A DNA stretch of 58,065 nt, counting the filler, from Porpidia crustulata (taxonomy: Eukaryota): assembly GCA_964255105.1 (NCBI GenBank). It is 5 parts of 5 records of this genome, joined end to end, with 100 filler letters (N's around TTAATTAATTAA, not from the genome) between each part and the next. Parts side by side here need not be neighbours in the genome. Positions count along the whole stretch, not along the records: positions 46,538 to 58,065 come from CAXUWE010000644.1; 4 more parts are not named here. One strand, written 5' to 3'. Positions 47,508 to 58,065 of this stretch are shown here, in pieces (the first letter of the stretch is position 1; each line of letters starts with the position of its first letter). A program made the position numbers and the translations under genes. Under the pieces are notes generated by a model. That model was not told where the DNA came from. It saw nothing but the letters and a program-made list of their open reading frames with translations, and searched no databases.

Positions 47508-48304
47508 TTGGCCTCGATGTGGAATGACAATTCTTTGGGGATGTAGAAAGTGGCAAGGTTGAAAGATATGCAATAGGAGGAGCTAAAGCTGCAACGCAAT
47601 GTGTGTGACAGACATTCGACCTGTCAAACGAGGGAATCTGCAGGAACGATAACAGAAAACGGGGGGCCACATGCACGCTGCCCGAGAGCTGGGTTTACTG
47701 GGCTCAAGGCTTATACAAGAACAATGGAAGATAGAGAGTCAAGTGTGCTTTCTTCGTTCGGTGGATAAAACAATAGATGGCAGGAATGCTAAGCCTCAAG
47801 GTAGTGAAAACAAGGTATCACGTACATTTTTGTGTTAATGTTCAAAGGCTGGCGAGAAGGAGCAACATCGGCAACTTTGGCGGCCTGTGGCCTATCGTCT
47901 GTGCCTTGCGTACTATCATAGCTGACGCTGCGAAATCGCTTAATTGGTCTCTCCGCCGCCATCCTCTCCTGATGCCAAACGTTGTCTGAGCTGACTTTAT
48001 AGCACTGAGGTAGCCGACGTCAATAGGAGATCTAGAAACATGGCAGATTGATTTGGACACGATCTGTACAGAACACTATATAAACTTGGACGCTCCTTAC
48101 GAGAACTTCCTCTCGCACAAGATATTCTTAGCTCCCCAGTCATTTCTACCAGACTTTGATGATCGAGATTAGATTACGCCCCAGCGCGCTAGGCCATCGG
48201 TACAGCGATATGGTAATATATTCAGCCGAGGTCCAGCTGATTGGCACCACGAGGTTTATGAATATTCTGACTGAAGGCCTTCATAACTGACACCAAATTC
48301 GAAC

Positions 48305-49462
48305 ATGAGTGACCAGCAAAAGCCGACTCCGAAGGCTATACCCGCGTGGCAGCGCGACTTGCCCCCTGATTCAGCTACAAATGCTGAAGAAGTGCCTACG
48401 AAGGACCCCAACAGTCCCGAGGACCGTGATCCCGGTTCAAGGGCTATTCTCATCGAACAAGCGTCGCAGTTTCTCGAGGACCCCAAGACGAAACATGCAA
48501 CAATGGAACGCAAGATGCAGTTCCTCGAATCGAAAGGCTTGACCAATCACGAGATATTCGAGATGTTGGGTATTGCTCGGAAAGACGATGTCCCCGTCAA
48601 AGCGGAACCCGAAGGCGAGACTGGAAAGGTCCCTGACCAGTTGTCCCGTACGCAATGAGACTTTGATGCTGACGCCAGCTTTCAGTCCAACTCGCAAGAA
48701 GTACCAGCGCAGCAAATCAAACCCAGCGCCGCAGAACCCCAAGACCCAGCGCCAACAGCTTCCCACATGGAAGCCCCGCCAATAATCACCTATCCCGAGT
48801 TCCTCATGCATTCCCAAAAGCCTCCGCCTCTCATTACTGCGCAACGGCTTCTGAACGCTTTTTACATTGCAACAGGTATCGCAGCTACGATATATGGCAC
48901 CGATCAATTCATTGTCAGTCCTATGTTAGACTCTTTGGCTACTGCGCGACATTCTCTGTTCGATACTGCTGCTACGAATCTTGATACCCTCAACGGAAAA
49001 CTTGAGCACATCGTATCTATAGTGCCAGGTCCATCATCACCGGTCGGTGATGAGTCTTCTACTCTGCAAGACGAAGATGATGAAGAGGTCACGCAATTCT
49101 TCCACCGCTCTATCGCTACACAGACATCCCCAGATATCTCCCGCATCAGCTCCTCCTCTTCATCTCCGGCGCCGCAGATGACCCCTTCTCCAACTGATAT
49201 TCAGAATACCCAACTCCAGAAGCTCCACAGCCAGCTATCGTCCCTAGTCCCTTCCACTGGACAAGATAATACGTTGGAAAGCCGACTGACAGATCTGCAG
49301 ACCTACCTCGGAGGTATGGCATATGGAGGCAATCTACAATTCGGTAAGGTAGGAGGCGAAGAGAAGGATGAGATTTCCAAGGTCAAGGCGGAGATTAGAG
49401 GAGTGAAAGGGGTATTGTTGAGTGCAAGAAACTTTCCAAGCGGAATTGCAACAAGAAGCTAA
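48305..49462 (+). CDS. Peroxin Pex14/17 (Pex33) family docking protein, 2 exons
   Basis: Pex14_N-like QASQFLEDP...KMQFLESKGL, PPIITYPEFL, hydrophobic segment, C-terminal KAEIRGVKGVLLSARNFP; intron 48629-48685 joins the two ORFs in frame. Confidence 0.85.
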
Positions 49463-49567
49463 GGTTGGGGGAGCAAGAAGAGTCAAGATTCATCAATGAA
49501 AGTGCAGAGCTATGAGCCTGATCGACTTTACTCCTGAGATCCCAATTCTGTCTCTCGGCTATATCTG

Positions 49568-50176
49568 CTATGAAGCCCTACCTCCAACTGCAGCCTTTGG
49601 AACCCGCAAAGGAGATTCTGACCGCTGATGACTGTTGCTCTGGTGCCGTCTTGTCCTCTTGTGAGACTCGGTCTGGTCATCATCAGACTTCTGAGCTTTT
49701 CGCAGTTTCCTGGAACACCTCCGACACACGCAAACCTTGACCAGCGCATTCTTCTTCGCGCCATCTTCCGTGTAAGCGAAATTAAGCTCGAAGGTCTGCA
49801 GCTTCTCCGAGTGCTGATCAATATCTCCTCGGTTTCGCCCAGAGCAGTTGAGGCATCCGCAGGTGAATTGCCCTTGCCCCGCAAGAACCTCGGCCTTCGT
49901 CCGCCAGCGTAAGGCAACTTTAAGCTCGCGCCACCGGCTGAGGTCGATCAGTGCATATTCGCGGAATAAACTGCTGTAGTATTGTCTGGCGAGAAGTTTC
50001 TCTTCGTTGACTTCCACATCACGATCCTCATCTCTGACAAACTGATGATTTTGCTCAAGGATGTCCCGCTCGGAGCGGAAATTTGGAGGAGATGGAGGAG
50101 CCCCGCCGTAAAAGCGGACGTACGAAGAGGCGCGTTGGAGGTGACGGTCGTACGCTGAAGTACTGGAGGCGGCCAT
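49568..50176 (-). CDS. FRA10AC1: FRA10AC1 family protein (spliceosome-associated)
   Basis: NHQFVR, YYSSLFREYALIDLSRW, ALRWRT, GQFTCG..C, FELNFAYTEDGAKKNALVKVCVC..C. Confidence 0.92.
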   Translation of the reverse strand: MAASSTSAYDRHLQRASSYVRFYGGAPPSPPNFRSERDILEQNHQFVRDEDRDVEVNEEKLLARQYYSSLFREYALIDLSRWRELKVALRWRTKAEVLAGQGQFTCGCLNCSGRNRGDIDQHSEKLQTFELNFAYTEDGAKKNALVKVCVCRRCSRKLRKAQKSDDDQTESHKRTRRHQSNSHQRSESPLRVPKAAVGGRAS

Positions 50177-50780
50177 TGTCAGAGGTCTGATTGAAATTTG
50201 TATCTTGACCTCCGATATTCTGGTACAATGATATAGTTTTCATGAAGACTTCTCCTTCGGTCTAGTAATTTCCGCCCCACCTCCTACCGGGCTGACTACT
50301 GAAAACTCCTGGTCAGGGCGTGGAGTATGTTGGACTTCAAAGACTGTCCTGCAGCGAGTAAGCGTATGCTACGAATAATGCGTTGGCACTTGAATGCTTA
50401 CTGCTTCCCTAATTGCTTTTCTTTCTCTAATTCCTCGAATGAGGGCTTTAACGTGTATATGCCTAAATTGGATGAGTAGGCGGATTCATGGTTTGGGTTT
50501 TGGCTCACTAGTTGCGATCCCAACTCCTGTCAGAAACACAAGCGTTAGTAGACTTTGAAGCCTGCTCATTGCATCAGTCGATGTCGTCGATTGTGATTGT
50601 TTAATGTTGGTGTCATATATATTGAAGAGTGCGCTAGAGTAGATCGACACTACATTAGAGTAGCTGTGGATAAGATAAGATCTGATAAAGTCGCGTAACC
50701 TAGAGAAAGGCGCGTAAACCTCTGGCACACTACAAAGACTGTCAGAAGTAGTTATCCAAACGCTATGAGTTGTATCTCAG

Positions 50781-53700
50781 ATGGCAGATTGGAGAGCTCG
50801 AGGATATGTCCCTGACTCAGACGATGAAGATGACACTCAAGGCTCCGAAAAGCCAATCGCATCAGTTGCCAACGAGGACTTCGAGCATATCGATAATGTT
50901 GATGAGCCCGTGCAGAATCAAGAGCGAAGGAGAAAATATGGGACCAAGCACAAAGTACATATGGGAGGTGGCGGAGGAGCAAAGAAGTGGGGGCTCGATA
51001 ATCACCAGGGACCGGAGAATGGGCAGGCAAAAATAACAACGACTGACTATGGGAATAGTCAAGCCACACAACGCCATCAGCAGGACCATGAGATAATTCA
51101 TGACACACCTACGTCAAGGGATTGTGACGAAATTGATGAACTTCAGCAAGATCATTATCATGATACAACAGCTACACTGGTCGAAACAGAGCTTGGTCGC
51201 AATGTAAATGGCCAAATCAAGGAGCCAAATACGAGGACAGCGCTCACTGATGGCATGGGCTCTCTTTCTTCTTCACCGCTCACAGAGCTCATGCAAAGCT
51301 CGTTAGAAGCCTCGCCGACAGCGGCACAATGGGCCAGTCCGCCAAATGGTCGAGGTAATGTCGTGGATACGCAGCTATCAAAAAGACTAGCCAACCAAGA
51401 GGCCTTCAGTATACCTGCTCACACTTTGACCTCAGATCTGCGGCCAGGAGATGCCACACCTAAGAGAAACTATGGTAGGCGAAATCTACGGCACCGAAAT
51501 CCAATACAGCTTCACCCTTATGCTATCGAATGCGAAAAGTATCGTCAGATACTAAAAGCCAGGGGTGTGAAGCCGCTACGGATCGCTCAAATGGAAGCGA
51601 AACTTGGAAACTCGCTTAGGCAGGACACACAAGAGCAAGAATTCGACGCCGGAGAGAATAGCCAGGTGATTGATCCAGATGATGACACACAAGATCTGCT
51701 CACCTCATCTCCTTCAGCCAGTCATACTGTAGCGACATCGCCCCTTCAAAGTTTGTCCGACATTTTTCAGTTCGAAGGAGACGAGCTTCCTGACATGGAT
51801 TTGCTCCTCTGTCAACCTTTTGCGCGCGTTCCGCCACAGGGGAACAAACGTCGGAAAACCACTCATACATTTTCGAAGAAAATGCAGAGGCGTGTCGACC
51901 AGCCAAGATTCAGCCTTCCCAAACCGTTGGCTACACTTCCAGAAGATGCCGTTTCAATGGTTGATGTACCTCCTTCGCCTCCCCGATCCGGAAGCCCGAC
52001 ACCAACCACGATAAGGAGGCCCCCCAAAGACGTATTCCGTATTCCCCAAGGGCTATCGCCAAAGGCTCTTCCCACCCCAGTGACATCGTCCGAGCCAAGA
52101 AACAATCATGCTGTAGAGATATTCGACGACCTAGAGACCACTGACGATTCTGAAGGTGAATCGGCGAACCAATACTCTATTGAGGGCTCTCAACCGGGAA
52201 GCCCCATTTCTGAAAAAAATAGAAGCGAGCAACTTAAACGCGTGCAGCGTAAGATGAAAGGCGTTCTTCCTGCATCCTGGCTCAGGATCGATCTGAAAAC
52301 TCATATCAAGAAGCCAGAAAAAGTGGACAGGATACATAGGAGTCAATCGCCAGTCCTAAAAAACCAACGTGGAGTAGCTAGTCACGTCTCTAGAATGAGA
52401 AGCGGAAGTCCGGGAACACCCCCCGGCCAGCGGCTTGCTATTGCGCTGTCTGACGATGAGGGTTCGGACCTGGATCCTGTAAGACCAAGTAGCGCTGCAC
52501 ATTCTAGTCAACGTCGATCTCCAGCTCCTCGACTTGAAACCCGAAAAGACCTTAACGATAGGGGCCTCTTGGCTGCTGATTGGGGAGAGGTTGACGAGGA
52601 TAATCGGGTCGATACGATGTTACCTCCCACTAGGAGGTTGACCACATATCCACCAAAAAGAAGGACAAAAGGCCAGACTACACTGACGGGTTTTGTTTTA
52701 GAACGACCATGCAGATTTGGGGGAAATTCCAGTCAAAACCCTCAGAGATTGTCTACGCCCCAGTCAAGAATGACTGAAAAGCCTAAGAAGGGCCGAAGTA
52801 ATATCCCCAAGTTTCTACCTCCAAGGCTTAGTGTGCTTGATGCAACCGCGCAGAATCAGCTCTCGCACAACCATACTCCACAATTCCTCAAAATTGCCTC
52901 TCGTACAGCGCGTTCACGAAATGATCGAGGTAGACATAGTCCGTCGAGAAAATTTCTGCGATTGGGTACCGCCGATGATACGAATGACACCAACGAAACT
53001 CTGCGAGAATGGCGAGCAGGGACCCTTGCACCTACCTCCTGCGTGCCCAGATTGAACCATGCGGAGGCCCTCAGCCGGCAGCCTCTTAATCCTCGGTCTC
53101 CTAACGTCCAATTGCCGCAGCTGCCAGTTGGACAAGACTATATAACGAAGAAGAATCTTCGCTTCTCACCCAGGAAGATACAACCTATGGATCACGCTTC
53201 AAGGCCAACGAAACCTCCCTTACTTCAGAGTTTACTCGACAACGTAGTTGAACGCAGAACTGTATCGGAATCTCAGCTAAACCATAACAGTCGGCGATTG
53301 AAGATCACCAAGGTCAAATTCAACCCCAAGAAGCGTGGGCTAGTATCATCATCCCTCCAAATGTCCACTGGCTCAAAACCAGCAATGTTAGAAGCCTTGC
53401 AGGAGGCTGAGGATCGGTCTCATTGGGGGTCAGCTTTGAGAAGGAATATAAATAATATTGATCAAAACCAGATTCAGGCCAGAGCCTCGAACATATTACT
53501 AGCCAGGTTCTTCGACGAAGAAGATACACCCGCATTACAAATTACGCCGGCGGCAAAGAGTCATGCTTTGGGCGCTCGTGAACTCCGCCAAGCGAGTCAC
53601 ATTGGCACTGGGAACGCCCAAAAGCGAAAGCATTTCCGCAGAAAGCAACGTCGACCACGCCGCCTAGATGTTGACAACTTCAATTATAAGCCAGCAAGTA

Positions 53701-56700
53701 GCTCCTTACTGTTCAATGATGGTCTCGACCACCCAGAACTTCGTTCCGAAGCAGACCACGCGCAAGTCACTGGCTTAGGACCTTTTGGAACACAATACAC
53801 GGATAGCTTCGATGTCACACCTTTTTCTAAGGGAATATGTTTCCACCAGAGTACTTTTATTGGTAGCGGGGCCTTTGCGAAGAGCCTCGATCTTGCCACT
53901 TTCAATGCTTTAGACAGACGAAGAGGCTTTGTTTCACTGGACACTCCTTACGATATGTTCAGATGGGGACCTTGGAACGACGAGGTGTCCGGGCAACTTG
54001 GCCAAATTTTCGAAATCATATGTGAGAAGCTACGGGTCGTTTCAGCGCAGGATCATGAAGTCCGCATTTCCGTAACCTATGAGCAGGCAATCGTTTTGCT
54101 CAGAGATATTACAATGTATTTTTCCGAGCACCTGAGCTTTCTGGACCCCGTGGATAGGATTTCGTGCTTGCAGAGGTGTACTATGTTAGTATCTCTGGTC
54201 CTGGATGGAATATGCGGCTGCATCCATCCTAGCGACGCAGATGAAGACCCCACGAAGCGTTCAGAGAACGATAAATTCCGGATCCAGTCTTCGACGCTTC
54301 TTCTTGTGATTACCAACCAACTCCGCCAAATTTCCCAGCACGAGCTAGTGCCGCAAGTCATGAAAGATGATATTCACTCACTAGTCTTACAAACTGCCTG
54401 CGAAACGCTCAACCGAGTGATCAGGAGTGGACTCGGAGCTTTTCAGCTATGGTTGGAGCAGCCTAGGAACCTTGATACGTCCGCAATCACTATCCGAGAG
54501 AATCATTACCCTATAGAAGCGCTTGTAGTAAGCCTACATATTACCAGGGCGGCTACAGGTTCGATGACAATGTTTTGGGAGATTTTGAACAACCTGATGA
54601 TGGTAAAGACTTCTGGGATGCCTCTCAAGATAGACGTGCAAGTCCTTGAAGGCCAATGGCAGAGACTATACAGCCTCCTCCCATTTCTCGATTTTGACAT
54701 ACAAGGAATACTCGACCATTGCCAGCGTCACAAATCTCATGATAATTGGAAACCTGTCAAGCAGATGATAGTCCAGATACTGGAAGCGTATGTGTCTGGT
54801 GCACAAGTCCCATCAGCGAGCCTCAATGTCTACTGCCGTGCCCTATATGGTCGATGCCTTAATCTGATCAATGTTTGGGGTTGGCAGAGATGTGAATCCA
54901 TTATTGGAACTTTGTTCGATTTCTTTGCTCGAAATAATCTGGCCCATTTGAAAAATGAAGAGAGCCATGGCTCTCCGCTCTTTCTTGAGCACTTAGATAA
55001 AGACCCTTCACTTGAATTGTCTCTAGACGATCGATGCTTTCAACTTCTTCTGAAAATTATCGGCAGCGGACTCAAGTGCATGCGCCAGGTTTACCCCGAG
55101 AAAAAGGTTCGGGATATCGTTTGGCGCCTGATGCCAAATCATGGTCGGTTCCATCCAAAAGAAGAAGCTATACATCAAGAAGATTTAGATGCCCTACGCA
55201 ACCATCACGATTTGCTCTCAACACTATACTGGGTAGCACCTCTGGGCTCCCGCCCACGGCTAAGCGTCATCAAAAATCTTGTAGATATAGAATCTTCCCA
55301 CCGAGAAGTTTGTCACATCAACATTAGAGCCTGGTCAAATTTGGTCAGATTTCAATTATCGACAGACGAATCTGTATCTAACCTAGAACCTTTCGCGGAC
55401 TGGTATAGCGATCTACTACGACAGATCATCCACCAACACACTTTAGCTCGTACCGAGGCAGAGGAACAGGTCAGATCAGCGCAGGGTTCCGAAGGCCTTG
55501 TTATCTCGAAAGACTTACTTGAGTCTACGATAGCAGGGAACCAGCGGCAGGTCGAGGTAATTCTCAGTGATGCTCTATTGTCTCTGAAACGTGCACTCGG
55601 TGAAGCTAAAACTCGTGAAGCGGCCGAAGTTTTGCTGCCTTCGACTTTGACCGAAGTATTTTTGCTATTTGATGCTAGACGGCCACAAGTCAATCGGAGT
55701 GTTGTAGAAGCATTAGACGTTCTGCTTGCCTACACAACTCATTCTTCTCGACCTCTGGATCCTCTAGTCCATATTAGCAATTCGAATGACGACAGCCAAG
55801 ACTATGGTGACTGGTCGGGGTTCGATGAAGGCAATCTTTTGCACGCCGACAAGGAAGTCAGTTCCCAGACTGTTCAGTCAGCCGAGCGACTTCAATACGC
55901 TTTTCATGAACCTCTCAGACACCTACTCTCAAATTGTTTTGGTGCAGACTTCGTGCCTGACGAAAATCTTCTCTTAAAGCTCGTCGAGGTTTGGATCGTT
56001 GTGGCTAGAATTCTAGTTGGCTGTGGCTTGAAGTCTTGGAGTGACTACATTGGTCAATTTGGCCAAAATACCTGGATTTCTTTGAGAGACACTGAACAGG
56101 CTCGCAAATATACGACGTATTTTTTGGCTATGCTGGTAGAGACTGATATCGAAGTTTACAACGAGAACAAGATGTTCTTTCTGACCTCCTGGATAACATC
56201 TTTGGCTGAGCGAGAGTCCCTACTCAAATTCCAGCACCGTTTTACGTCAATTTTATTGAATACAAATTCCGACGACCTTTTGCTTCAAAATTTGCCATTC
56301 TATGTGAACAAGAGAACGAACCGCTTCGATATCACAGCAATCGAATTCTCCCAACGCAGACTATCATTGATTTCCAGTATTCTTTCCAATATGCGGGAGT
56401 CAGTGGACGGTGCTCTCTATGCTCTAGCTGTCGATGCTACAAAGCTAAGACAGGATTACAGGGAAATCCTAAAGTGTTTCATGTTAACGATGAAAAATCG
56501 ATATGAGGACCTTGGGCATGGCTCTGACATCAGAGGCGCTTATGTAGACTTCGTCCATCGGGTTGTGGAATTCTTGCAACAACATACGTCTGGTATCTGT
56601 CCAGTGGACCGCTTCTTTATGGACTCGAGTGTGTTTCCACTGCCGGCTACGGACCCAACATATGTAGTTGGGCAGCTCAAGAACTACGGGTTAAGATTGC

Positions 56701-57599
56701 AAGAATCAAGAACGCCAAAGCAACTTACAGTCTTTCTACAGTCGGTCTCGGAACGGGCTGTGCTAGATGGACATCAGGAGTATCTGGTCGGTCAACTGTG
56801 TGCTGCATTTACTACTACATTCGAGTATGGCGATCCAAGGACGCCGACTTTACGAACTTTCATTGTCAAGGCCATCGTCCCTGCATACATAGACGTAGCT
56901 TTTGGCACCTCCAATGGCTGGCTTCTCGCCTTACCTGTGCTTCAAGCAGTCGAGAAGGTCTTCGATGAAATGCTGACCGCCCTAGACGGGACTAACCCAG
57001 CTAATGTGACGGCGATACTATCTACAATCATAGACTTTTATGATTGCTTGTGCGCATCGTTCGGCCTGCTTGTTGATCATTCGAGCTTATTTGATCAACC
57101 CAAGATTTTGAAAGTGCTTGGAGTGTGCTACTCAATGATTACCGCCATAGTCCCACTCCTAGATTACATTACTCGTCTCGCCGAGTCTCTCCAGCCAGGA
57201 GTTGCGCACCTTGACTTTTTTCAATCTTACGCCACTTTCGTGTCAGAAATACTAGTCGGGCATGTGGATACACTCTCCCCGGAAACACACAATCTCGACC
57301 CAGTCCCACAAGATGTCCACCTGGCAGACGTCCGCCAATTCGCATTACATGAGTTGAGGGAAACGTTGGATAAGAATTGGACCTGCCACGAGGAGTACTA
57401 CTTCAATGTGCGAGGGAATTCCCGGAGACAGGTCATGGTTGACATAGGATCGTATGATGAGGAGAAAGAGGGTTTGATGGTCGAATTGGAGAAGTTCAGG
57501 CGATGCTTGGGTGCAATGCCGGCATTGGGAGAAGCGGATCAGGACTCGAATGTGAGGAGTCCTGGGGGAATCAGTCTGGAGGACATCCTTTCGTCCTAG
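50781..57599 (+). CDS. MMS22: Mms22/Mus7 family replication-stress/DNA-repair protein, 2272 aa
   Basis: WRARGYVPDSDDE N-terminus, RNLRHRNPIQLHPY, KGVLPASWLRID, FHQSTFIGSG, TLFDFFA, LMPNHGR, LRNHHDLLSTLYW, SHREVC; uninterrupted 6.8-kb ORF. Confidence 0.88.
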   Translation: MADWRARGYVPDSDDEDDTQGSEKPIASVANEDFEHIDNVDEPVQNQERRRKYGTKHKVHMGGGGGAKKWGLDNHQGPENGQAKITTTDYGNSQATQRHQQDHEIIHDTPTSRDCDEIDELQQDHYHDTTATLVETELGRNVNGQIKEPNTRTALTDGMGSLSSSPLTELMQSSLEASPTAAQWASPPNGRGNVVDTQLSKRLANQEAFSIPAHTLTSDLRPGDATPKRNYGRRNLRHRNPIQLHPYAIECEKYRQILKARGVKPLRIAQMEAKLGNSLRQDTQEQEFDAGENSQVIDPDDDTQDLLTSSPSASHTVATSPLQSLSDIFQFEGDELPDMDLLLCQPFARVPPQGNKRRKTTHTFSKKMQRRVDQPRFSLPKPLATLPEDAVSMVDVPPSPPRSGSPTPTTIRRPPKDVFRIPQGLSPKALPTPVTSSEPRNNHAVEIFDDLETTDDSEGESANQYSIEGSQPGSPISEKNRSEQLKRVQRKMKGVLPASWLRIDLKTHIKKPEKVDRIHRSQSPVLKNQRGVASHVSRMRSGSPGTPPGQRLAIALSDDEGSDLDPVRPSSAAHSSQRRSPAPRLETRKDLNDRGLLAADWGEVDEDNRVDTMLPPTRRLTTYPPKRRTKGQTTLTGFVLERPCRFGGNSSQNPQRLSTPQSRMTEKPKKGRSNIPKFLPPRLSVLDATAQNQLSHNHTPQFLKIASRTARSRNDRGRHSPSRKFLRLGTADDTNDTNETLREWRAGTLAPTSCVPRLNHAEALSRQPLNPRSPNVQLPQLPVGQDYITKKNLRFSPRKIQPMDHASRPTKPPLLQSLLDNVVERRTVSESQLNHNSRRLKITKVKFNPKKRGLVSSSLQMSTGSKPAMLEALQEAEDRSHWGSALRRNINNIDQNQIQARASNILLARFFDEEDTPALQITPAAKSHALGARELRQASHIGTGNAQKRKHFRRKQRRPRRLDVDNFNYKPASSSLLFNDGLDHPELRSEADHAQVTGLGPFGTQYTDSFDVTPFSKGICFHQSTFIGSGAFAKSLDLATFNALDRRRGFVSLDTPYDMFRWGPWNDEVSGQLGQIFEIICEKLRVVSAQDHEVRISVTYEQAIVLLRDITMYFSEHLSFLDPVDRISCLQRCTMLVSLVLDGICGCIHPSDADEDPTKRSENDKFRIQSSTLLLVITNQLRQISQHELVPQVMKDDIHSLVLQTACETLNRVIRSGLGAFQLWLEQPRNLDTSAITIRENHYPIEALVVSLHITRAATGSMTMFWEILNNLMMVKTSGMPLKIDVQVLEGQWQRLYSLLPFLDFDIQGILDHCQRHKSHDNWKPVKQMIVQILEAYVSGAQVPSASLNVYCRALYGRCLNLINVWGWQRCESIIGTLFDFFARNNLAHLKNEESHGSPLFLEHLDKDPSLELSLDDRCFQLLLKIIGSGLKCMRQVYPEKKVRDIVWRLMPNHGRFHPKEEAIHQEDLDALRNHHDLLSTLYWVAPLGSRPRLSVIKNLVDIESSHREVCHINIRAWSNLVRFQLSTDESVSNLEPFADWYSDLLRQIIHQHTLARTEAEEQVRSAQGSEGLVISKDLLESTIAGNQRQVEVILSDALLSLKRALGEAKTREAAEVLLPSTLTEVFLLFDARRPQVNRSVVEALDVLLAYTTHSSRPLDPLVHISNSNDDSQDYGDWSGFDEGNLLHADKEVSSQTVQSAERLQYAFHEPLRHLLSNCFGADFVPDENLLLKLVEVWIVVARILVGCGLKSWSDYIGQFGQNTWISLRDTEQARKYTTYFLAMLVETDIEVYNENKMFFLTSWITSLAERESLLKFQHRFTSILLNTNSDDLLLQNLPFYVNKRTNRFDITAIEFSQRRLSLISSILSNMRESVDGALYALAVDATKLRQDYREILKCFMLTMKNRYEDLGHGSDIRGAYVDFVHRVVEFLQQHTSGICPVDRFFMDSSVFPLPATDPTYVVGQLKNYGLRLQESRTPKQLTVFLQSVSERAVLDGHQEYLVGQLCAAFTTTFEYGDPRTPTLRTFIVKAIVPAYIDVAFGTSNGWLLALPVLQAVEKVFDEMLTALDGTNPANVTAILSTIIDFYDCLCASFGLLVDHSSLFDQPKILKVLGVCYSMITAIVPLLDYITRLAESLQPGVAHLDFFQSYATFVSEILVGHVDTLSPETHNLDPVPQDVHLADVRQFALHELRETLDKNWTCHEEYYFNVRGNSRRQVMVDIGSYDEEKEGLMVELEKFRRCLGAMPALGEADQDSNVRSPGGISLEDILSS

Positions 57600-58065
57600 T
57601 GAACGACATTGCATTTATGACATGTATCTAGCGGCATTCCCAGGTGTTATCGGCATGGTTATGAAGACAAGGAGTAGACGCCGAATGCTGTCAATGTTCC
57701 ATAATTGGCTTTGGATGATCAAAAGCTCGGTTTTAGAATTGAGACAGGGTTCTAAGTATAAGTAGATCTTCCAGCCAAAAACCGTCTACACAGTCAGAAT
57801 TGACTGATGTGTATGATGAAGCTATCATCACATTTGGCATTATAGCGTGTCTTGTTCTTCGAGATGCACACGACAATCTGCCCAATCGGGACTCCTTAAA
57901 GCTTGACCCATCGCTCCTACTCGCGTACCGGGATGAGGTCACTATCTGTCGCACCTCGCAACTCATCCCACCAAACCTCATATCTTCATCCCCCACACGA
58001 AACCGACTCCCCCAGGTACATGGAGGCCCACGAACATGCTCTACGACAGCCAACCGCCCCCACAC

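Noticed and set aside
57733..58065. 110-aa minus-strand ORF at the window end
   Set aside because: No recognisable domain or coding signal; may be the 3' region of an off-window gene.

Overview
Intron-containing DNA of a filamentous ascomycete (Pezizomycotina; a lichen-forming fungus is plausible but only inferred). The window is not one locus. It is five contigs of 11538, 11535, 11534, 11530 and 11528 bp, sorted by length and joined by artificial 100-nt N/TTAATTAATTAA spacers. Contig 1: LTR-truncated ankyrin/NLR remnant, NCS1 permease, frameshifted secreted protein, NACHT-ankyrin NLR. Contig 2: MATE transporter, signal-peptide agmatinase-type ureohydrolase, UV-damage endonuclease, truncated PLD-family gene. 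Contig 3: a membrane-anchored GH16 next to an atypical processive GT2 glycosyltransferase. Contig 4: secreted GMC oxidoreductase with a foreign-looking contig end, a PTH11-like protein and several pseudogenes. Contig 5: IES2, PEX14/17, FRA10AC1, MMS22/Mus7. The most unexpected signal is a ~55-nt intergenic element found on two different contigs (12565-12616 minus, 40349-40403 plus). It has a tRNA T-arm/B-box hairpin with a compensatory base-pair change, placed before A-box/D-loop-like motifs and a T-tract. Other leads are the GH16+GT2 glucan module and a Cys-rich uORF ahead of the MATE gene. All family calls come from motif recognition, not database searches.
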